This document shows, in pieces, positions 44,775-49,361 of a DNA stretch of 49,361 nucleotides. The stretch is taken from positions 1 through 49,361 of the forward strand of contig JBPCOF010000344.1 of assembly GCA_051000515.1 (NCBI GenBank), read 5' to 3'. The position numbers and the translations under genes are program-made. How positions within the stretch are numbered: the stretch's first letter is position 1; each line of letters begins with the position of its first letter. Under the pieces are notes generated by a model. That model was not told where the DNA came from and did no database searches. It saw nothing but the letters and a program-made list of their open reading frames with translations. The stretch is from Geodermatophilaceae bacterium (GTDB lineage: Bacteria > Actinomycetota > Actinomycetes > Mycobacteriales > Geodermatophilaceae).

Positions 44775-45212
44775 ATGACCTATTCGCTGGCTGGCCGGCT
44801 CCAGACCCGGATCGTGCTGTTCGGTGTGATCGGCGGGATCTGGACGGCGCTGATCACCCCGATCCTGCCGACGAGGTTGCCACTGGGCCGGTCCTACGAG
44901 ATGTCGTTCACCGTGCTGGGACTGATCATCGTGCTGGGCGTGGGTTGGGAGTTGGCCTACCACCTGCTGCAACAGTTCCGATGGGACAAGGACTGGCCGA
45001 CCGGATTCTCCCTGCTGGGCGGCGTACCCGAGGGCCTGGTGCTCTGGCTGCTGCTGGACAGCGGCACGTGGTTATGGGAGGTACCGGTGACCGCGCGCGG
45101 CTTCTGGACGCTGTTCGTGTCCACCTGGCTGCTCGTCTGGGCGGTGCTCTCCGGACCGATCCGGGTCCTGCTCGTGCGGCGACGATGGCGTGGCGGGAGG
45201 CTGTTCGGGTGA
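44775..45212 (+). CDS. Small integral membrane protein (4 predicted TM helices)
   Basis: Hydrophobic stretches are IVLFGVIGGIWTALITPIL, FTVLGLIIVLGVGW, LVLWLLL and FWTLFVSTWLLVWAVL. The start lies 8 nt after the upstream stop. Confidence 0.6.
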   Translation: MTYSLAGRLQTRIVLFGVIGGIWTALITPILPTRLPLGRSYEMSFTVLGLIIVLGVGWELAYHLLQQFRWDKDWPTGFSLLGGVPEGLVLWLLLDSGTWLWEVPVTARGFWTLFVSTWLLVWAVLSGPIRVLLVRRRWRGGRLFG

Positions 45213-46303
45213 GCCGAGAGGGTGGGAGCATCGCTGCAGCCACAGCCGCCTTCGACCGGATGACGGTCACGATCCGGCCCGGCTCCGATGTCGTGGCCCG
45301 GATGCCAGGCGTCCTGCTCCTGACCAGGACGCCAGCCTCCGACGACGGTGACCGAGTCCTGCGAACGGTCTTGGCCCTGCTCGAGACCAGCGGCGAGGGC
45401 GCGACCGCGGCCCCCGGGCACCGCCTGAGTCGTGAACTGCGCGCACTCGTGCAGGGCGGTGGTGCGCCCGCCGATCTGGCTCTGCTGGCCGCGACCGACG
45501 ACGGCTTGGCCGTCGGGCTCGCGGGGACGGGTACGGCGGCGGTGTCCGCGCGCGGCTGGCGGCTGGGCTGCGAGGAGGAAGGCGGCCTACTGACCCGTGA
45601 GGTCGACTGGCCACCTGCTCCAGTGGTCCTACATCTCGGGGGATCCGCCACGGAGTCCAACGGCGCGGAGTCCAACGGCGCGGAGTCCGACGTCGCGGCG
45701 CCGGATCACCGGCCGGCTCGACCGTTCGATCTGCGTGCCGGAGTCGTTCCCGGAAGCGCCGCCATCTTGGCCTCGCCTCCGGCTGCCCCGCTGGCGATCG
45801 CCGTAGCGAGGGCCGAGCAACTCCCCGGTACCCGGGTGCGTGGATATCGTTGCCGGACGGGTCACCTCAACGACCCGCGGGCGCTGTTCTGTGCCCTCTG
45901 CGGCATCAGGATGGCCGAGAGCACGGGGGTCTACGTCGAAGGACCGCGGCCGCCCTTGGGGCTGTTGGTCTTCGACAATGGGGCCAGCTTCGTTCTGGAC
46001 GAGAGCTATCTGCTCGGCCGCGAACCCGACATCGACCAGCGGGTACGTAGCGGACGGCTGCGCCCGCTGGTGCTCTTCGACACCAGCGGAGTGATCTCGC
46101 GTCGGCACGCCGAGATCAGGCTCGAGGAGTGGGATGTGCTGTTGATCGACTGTGGCTCGGCCAACGGCACGCTGGTCGCCGAACGGGGCAGCACGCACTG
46201 GTCGGCCCTCCTACCCGGTCAGCCGGTCCGGATGCTGCCCGGCATGCAGGTACGCATCGGCGAACGCAGCTTCGTCTTCGAACCCCTGCACGGCGCGCCG
46301 TGA
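45209..46303 (+). CDS. FHA domain protein with central zinc-ribbon
   Basis: The C-terminal FHA is LLGREPD...ISRRHAEIRLE...LIDCGSANGTLV. The zinc ribbon is YRCRTGHLNDPRALFCALCG. The GTG start overlaps the upstream stop (GTGA at 45209-45212). Confidence 0.8.
   Translation: MSREGGSIAAATAAFDRMTVTIRPGSDVVARMPGVLLLTRTPASDDGDRVLRTVLALLETSGEGATAAPGHRLSRELRALVQGGGAPADLALLAATDDGLAVGLAGTGTAAVSARGWRLGCEEEGGLLTREVDWPPAPVVLHLGGSATESNGAESNGAESDVAAPDHRPARPFDLRAGVVPGSAAILASPPAAPLAIAVARAEQLPGTRVRGYRCRTGHLNDPRALFCALCGIRMAESTGVYVEGPRPPLGLLVFDNGASFVLDESYLLGREPDIDQRVRSGRLRPLVLFDTSGVISRRHAEIRLEEWDVLLIDCGSANGTLVAERGSTHWSALLPGQPVRMLPGMQVRIGERSFVFEPLHGAP
45651..45695 (+). repeat. 15-bp in-frame tandem repeat x3 in the FHA-protein linker
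   Basis: CGGAGTCCAACGGCG x2 plus a diverged third copy CGGAGTCCGACGTCG. It encodes ESNGA-ESNGA-ESDVA. Confidence 0.9.
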
Positions 46304-46304
46304 G

Positions 46305-48047
46305 TCAGCGGCGGATGATCTGTCCGCGGGTCACCCACCAGTCATAGAGCGCCCGCAACCCGGCTGCCTCCCCGCTGGCCGCGGAGGTGATCGCGAAGAC
46401 CTTCAGATCGGTGTTGGTCCAGACCAGGTGGGCGGTGTTCTCGGAGTCGATGAAACAGGCCAGTGCACCCACGACCGGCCCGCCCTGGGTGTATTCGCCG
46501 AAACCCTGTTGGTCACCACATTCGGCCCCATCACTGGACGGAAGTTCGTCCAGCGAGCGCTTCTGTACGTAGGCCCGGAAAGCCCCGTCCAGGTCATCGC
46601 CTTCTTGGTAGAGGAAGAAATCGCTCGCGTTGGCACCCGGTGCGGAGATGCTTGCCCCACAGGTCAGGGCAGCCAGCGAACCGTCGTCGATCGGCCGTCC
46701 GGTCGCCGTGCAGCGGCTCGCGGTGAAGTCCAGCGGGATGAGATCCCGCAGCGCTGATTCGTCGGTAGGGTCAGCCGGTCCGGCCTGCTCCTGGGCTCCG
46801 GAACCGCCGACACCGTCGAGGATCCCACCCGCCGGCAACTCCTCGATCGGGGTAGCGCTGGCCGTGCTCGTCATCGCGTCAGTCGATGACGCCGAGGGAT
46901 CGTCCCCGGTCCTCAGCGTCACGGTGAGCGTGACCGCGATGGCGAGCACCACGACCGCAACGATGGCCGCCGCCACCAGCCGGCGCCTCCGCCGTGGACC
47001 CGGGTCGACCGGTCGCACCTCCAACGGACCGGGGGCGGACTCGGGGCGCCGGGGTGGTAGCCAGCTGGGCACTGGTGGTGAAGGGCGTCCGCGTCCGGGA
47101 TCACTGCCAGGGTCGGGGTAGGACGGACCCGACCACGGCCGAGGGTGCTGGCCGTGGTTGCCCGGCGGGCCGGGACCTCCCAGGTGTGAGGGTTGAGACC
47201 GCGCCCCGGCAAGGGCCGCTCGAGCCGCCGCCCCGAGTTCGCCGGCCCGGGCGAAGCGCTGGTCGGGCCGCTTGGCCATTCCGGTCGCGATCACCTCGTC
47301 CAGCCCGGACGGAATACCGGATCGTTGGGTGGAGGGGCGCGGTGGCGGCAGATTGAGGTGGGCATACATCAGGGTCGGCAGGCCGTCGCCGTTGAACGGC
47401 CGGCTCGCCATCAGGCACTCGTAGAGCAGGCAGGCCAGTGAATACACGTCGGTACGGCGATCGACGGCTGCCTCGAGGAAGCGTTCCGGTGCCATGTAAT
47501 CGAAGCTGCCCAGGGCTGCTCCCGTCTGGGTGAGCGCAGCCGCCTTGCCCGAGCCGATGGTGCGAGCGATGCCGAAGTCCACCAGATAGATGAAGTCTTC
47601 GCCGCTGCCCGGGTTGCTCAGCAGCACGTTGGACGGCTTCACATCGCGGTGGATCAGCCCGTCGTCGTGAGCAGCGTCCAGGGCGCGGGCGACCTGGGCG
47701 ATGATATTGACCGCCCGATCCGGGGGCATGGGCCCGTCGCGGTCGAGTGCTTCGCCGAGGTCCTCCCCCTCGACCAGGCGCATGTCCAGGAACAGCCGGC
47801 CGTCGATCTCGCCGTAGGAATGGATCGGGATGACGTGCGGATCGCGCAGCCGTGCGGCCAGTTGTGACTCACGCCGGAAACGCTCCCGGTAACCGGCGTC
47901 GTCGGCCAAGCTCTCGGTGAGCAGCTTGAGGGCGACGTGCCGGTCATGGGTCTCGTCGTAGGCCCGGTAGACCTCGCCCATGCCGCCCCGGCCGAGCACG
48001 CCCTCGATCCGGTACGGACCGAACTGCTGCACGGGACTCCGATCCAC
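46305..48047 (-). CDS. Transmembrane Ser/Thr protein kinase with Cys-containing extracellular domain
   Basis: Kinase motifs are GRGGMGEVYRA, VALK, HRDVKPSNVLL, DFGIA and APE. These are followed by a Pro-rich linker, a TM helix (LVAAAIVAVVVLAIAVTLTV) and a roughly 190-aa 4-Cys ectodomain. The GTG start has AAGGAG 8 nt upstream. Confidence 0.9.
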   Translation of the reverse strand: MDRSPVQQFGPYRIEGVLGRGGMGEVYRAYDETHDRHVALKLLTESLADDAGYRERFRRESQLAARLRDPHVIPIHSYGEIDGRLFLDMRLVEGEDLGEALDRDGPMPPDRAVNIIAQVARALDAAHDDGLIHRDVKPSNVLLSNPGSGEDFIYLVDFGIARTIGSGKAAALTQTGAALGSFDYMAPERFLEAAVDRRTDVYSLACLLYECLMASRPFNGDGLPTLMYAHLNLPPPRPSTQRSGIPSGLDEVIATGMAKRPDQRFARAGELGAAARAALAGARSQPSHLGGPGPPGNHGQHPRPWSGPSYPDPGSDPGRGRPSPPVPSWLPPRRPESAPGPLEVRPVDPGPRRRRRLVAAAIVAVVVLAIAVTLTVTLRTGDDPSASSTDAMTSTASATPIEELPAGGILDGVGGSGAQEQAGPADPTDESALRDLIPLDFTASRCTATGRPIDDGSLAALTCGASISAPGANASDFFLYQEGDDLDGAFRAYVQKRSLDELPSSDGAECGDQQGFGEYTQGGPVVGALACFIDSENTAHLVWTNTDLKVFAITSAASGEAAGLRALYDWWVTRGQIIRR

Positions 48048-48123
48048 GACCGCACTCCTTGCGCGCGGTCACCGGGCAGGGACCCACCCAGGCTAGTCCG
48101 CCCCTGCACCACCGGTATTCCGC

Positions 48124-48161
48124 GGCATCAGAGCACCCTGGCATCAGAGCACCCTGGCATC
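48124..48161. repeat. 16-bp tandem duplication GGCATCAGAGCACCCT x2 (+ partial third copy) in a divergent promoter region
   Basis: Copies are at 48124-48139 and 48140-48155, with GGCATC repeated at 48156-48161. It lies between the kinase start (48047) and the hydrolase start (48204). Confidence 0.9.
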
Positions 48162-48203
48162 GGCGGCGATCACTGAGAAAACGGATCTGGCAGGCTCGGT
48201 GGC

Positions 48204-49028
48204 ATGCAGATATCGGTGGGCGAGCTGGCCTTCGACGTCACCATGGACGGACCGCAGGACGGTCGACCGGTGCTGTTGCTGCACGGGTTCCCGGAAACCG
48301 GGCACAGCTGGGACGCCGTACGCGAGAACTTGCTACGGGCTGGGCACCGCGTCATCGTGCCCGATCAGCGAGGATATTCTCCCGGTGCGCGACCCTCCGG
48401 CGTCGAGGCCTATGGAATGCGCCCCATCGTCTCCGACGCGATCGGCATCCTCGATGCCCTGGGTATCTCCACTGTGGACGTCGTTGGTCACGACTGGGGT
48501 TCGATCGTGGGTTGGTGCCTTTCGGCCTGGTATCCGGCCCGGGTCCGTTCGCTGACGGCGGTGTCTGTGCCGCATCCGCAGGCGTTCACCTGGGCGATCA
48601 GCAATGACATCGACCAGCAGAAACGTTCGGCCTACATCAGGCTCTTCCAGACCGAGGGCAAGGCCGAGAAGGTCTTGCTGGCCGAGGACGCCGCCGCTCT
48701 CCGTGCGGCCCTTGTCGGCCTGCCCAATAAGTCGATCGAGCACTACGTGTCGGTGCTGTCCGAGCCAGGCGCCCTGACCGCCACCTTGAATTGGTACCGC
48801 GCGATTCCCGCCGACGAACTCGACCGAGTGCCGCTGGTCACCGTGCCCACGACGTACGTGTGGAGCACTGACGATCTTGCGGTGGGTCAGGCGGCGGCGC
48901 AGAAGTGTGGCGAATTCGTCGACGCCACATACCGCTTCGTCATTCTCGATGGCGTCTCGCACTGGATTCCGGAGCACGCGCCCGACCAGTTGACCGCCGC
49001 CATCCTCGACCAGATGGCCGCTGCATGA
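48204..49028 (+). CDS. Alpha/beta hydrolase (epoxide-hydrolase/haloalkane-dehalogenase-like)
   Basis: It has the oxyanion HGFPE, the nucleophile elbow GHDWGS (Asp nucleophile type) and a C-terminal catalytic His in GVSHWIPE. Confidence 0.85.
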   Translation: MQISVGELAFDVTMDGPQDGRPVLLLHGFPETGHSWDAVRENLLRAGHRVIVPDQRGYSPGARPSGVEAYGMRPIVSDAIGILDALGISTVDVVGHDWGSIVGWCLSAWYPARVRSLTAVSVPHPQAFTWAISNDIDQQKRSAYIRLFQTEGKAEKVLLAEDAAALRAALVGLPNKSIEHYVSVLSEPGALTATLNWYRAIPADELDRVPLVTVPTTYVWSTDDLAVGQAAAQKCGEFVDATYRFVILDGVSHWIPEHAPDQLTAAILDQMAAA

Positions 49029-49361
49029 CCGAGAGTTCTCCCTGTGTTCGTGGCGCCGAGCTGACCGACGCTGCCGCTCTGGGCAGGGTGCACGTCCGGG
49101 CCTGGCAGGCCACCTATCGCGGCATGATGCCCGATGCCTTCCTCGACGGACTCGATCCCCACGAGCGCGGTGACATGTGGGCGCGGGCCTTGGGCACAGC
49201 CCGCCCAGGGTCGTCGAGGCTGGTGGTCTGTACTGAACCCGGGGACGATCCCGTGGGATTCGCCATCGTCGGGCCGGTGCGCGACTCCGAGGCGAGCGGA
49301 TCGGGACTCGGCGAGCTGTACGCGATCAATCTCGACCCTGACGCCTGGGGCCTGGGACTCG
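49025..49361 (+). CDS. GNAT family N-acetyltransferase (3' end cut by window edge)
   Basis: My own translation from ATG 49025 (overlapping the upstream TGA) is MTESSPCVRGAELTDAAALGRVHVRAWQATYRGMMPDAFLDGL...GELYAINLDPDAWGLGL. This is a typical GNAT N-terminal half. It is open to the window end and is not in the ORF track because no stop is reached. Confidence 0.6.
   Translation, partial: MTESSPCVRGAELTDAAALGRVHVRAWQATYRGMMPDAFLDGLDPHERGDMWARALGTARPGSSRLVVCTEPGDDPVGFAIVGPVRDSEASGSGLGELYAINLDPDAWGLGL

Noticed and set aside
1-49361. Mobile elements, prophage, defence systems, toxin-antitoxin pairs
   Set aside because: I saw no transposase, recombinase, phage-structural, restriction-modification, Cas or classic TA signatures in any of the six frames. 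The window looks like core chromosome, apart from the methyl-cycle island and the 42-48 kb signalling cluster.

Overview
The window is a high-GC (about 70%) actinobacterial chromosome segment that is densely coding on both strands. I found no transposase, integrase, CRISPR array or rRNA. From memory, most of it matches conserved Actinomycetota core blocks known from the Mycobacterium tuberculosis Rv3193c-Rv3228 neighbourhood.

**Layout**
- **Block 1 (1-5.8 kb):** lipid kinase, whiB1, pdtaS, a GNAT, then a sigH-rshA operon extended by a degenerate biotin-carboxylase-like gene and a free biotinyl-carrier protein.
- **Methyl-cycle island (7.1-16.4 kb):** this sits between block 1 and block 2.
  - It holds a YitJ-like homocysteine methyltransferase/MTHFR fusion, two single-barrel 'core' MetE-like proteins and a TetR regulator.
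  - It also holds a tightly coupled operon metV-like/metF/unknown 494-aa MidA-like methyltransferase/core-metE/metK.
- **Block 2 (16.6-23.4 kb):** spermidine-synthase-like membrane protein, SRAP, aroA, rsgA, hisN-type phosphatase, a decayed SRPBCC gene, a cupin and the initiator tRNA-Met.
- **Block 3 (23.5-42.1 kb):** UPF0182, PDZ/Lon protease, DUF2342 hydrolase, a frameshifted crotonase, a Cys4 mini-protein, an orphan E1-like/RRE-like protein, ABC1 kinase, USP, VOC, whiB7 with a complete uORF-attenuator leader, uvrD2, mycoredoxin, nudC and an M16 peptidase pair.
- **Block 4 (42.2-49.4 kb):** DUF2510 membrane protein, a flavoprotein/membrane-protein/FHA operon converging on a Ser/Thr kinase, an alpha/beta hydrolase and a partial GNAT.

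**Most interesting observations**
- The uncharacterised methyltransferase-like gene is embedded in a self-contained methyl-supply operon.
- That island carries three homocysteine methyltransferases and two MTHFRs, which is unusual redundancy.
- A textbook SigR/SigH promoter (GGAAT-N18-GTT) precedes sigH, and a near-consensus copy precedes the mycoredoxin gene.
- The whiB7 leader has a 60-codon uORF followed by an intrinsic terminator.
- An orphan cyclodehydratase-C-like E1 protein sits next to a 50-aa zinc-ribbon protein.
- The FHA/kinase-linked flavoprotein operon has no assigned function.

All family assignments rest on motif recognition by eye. No database search was run.
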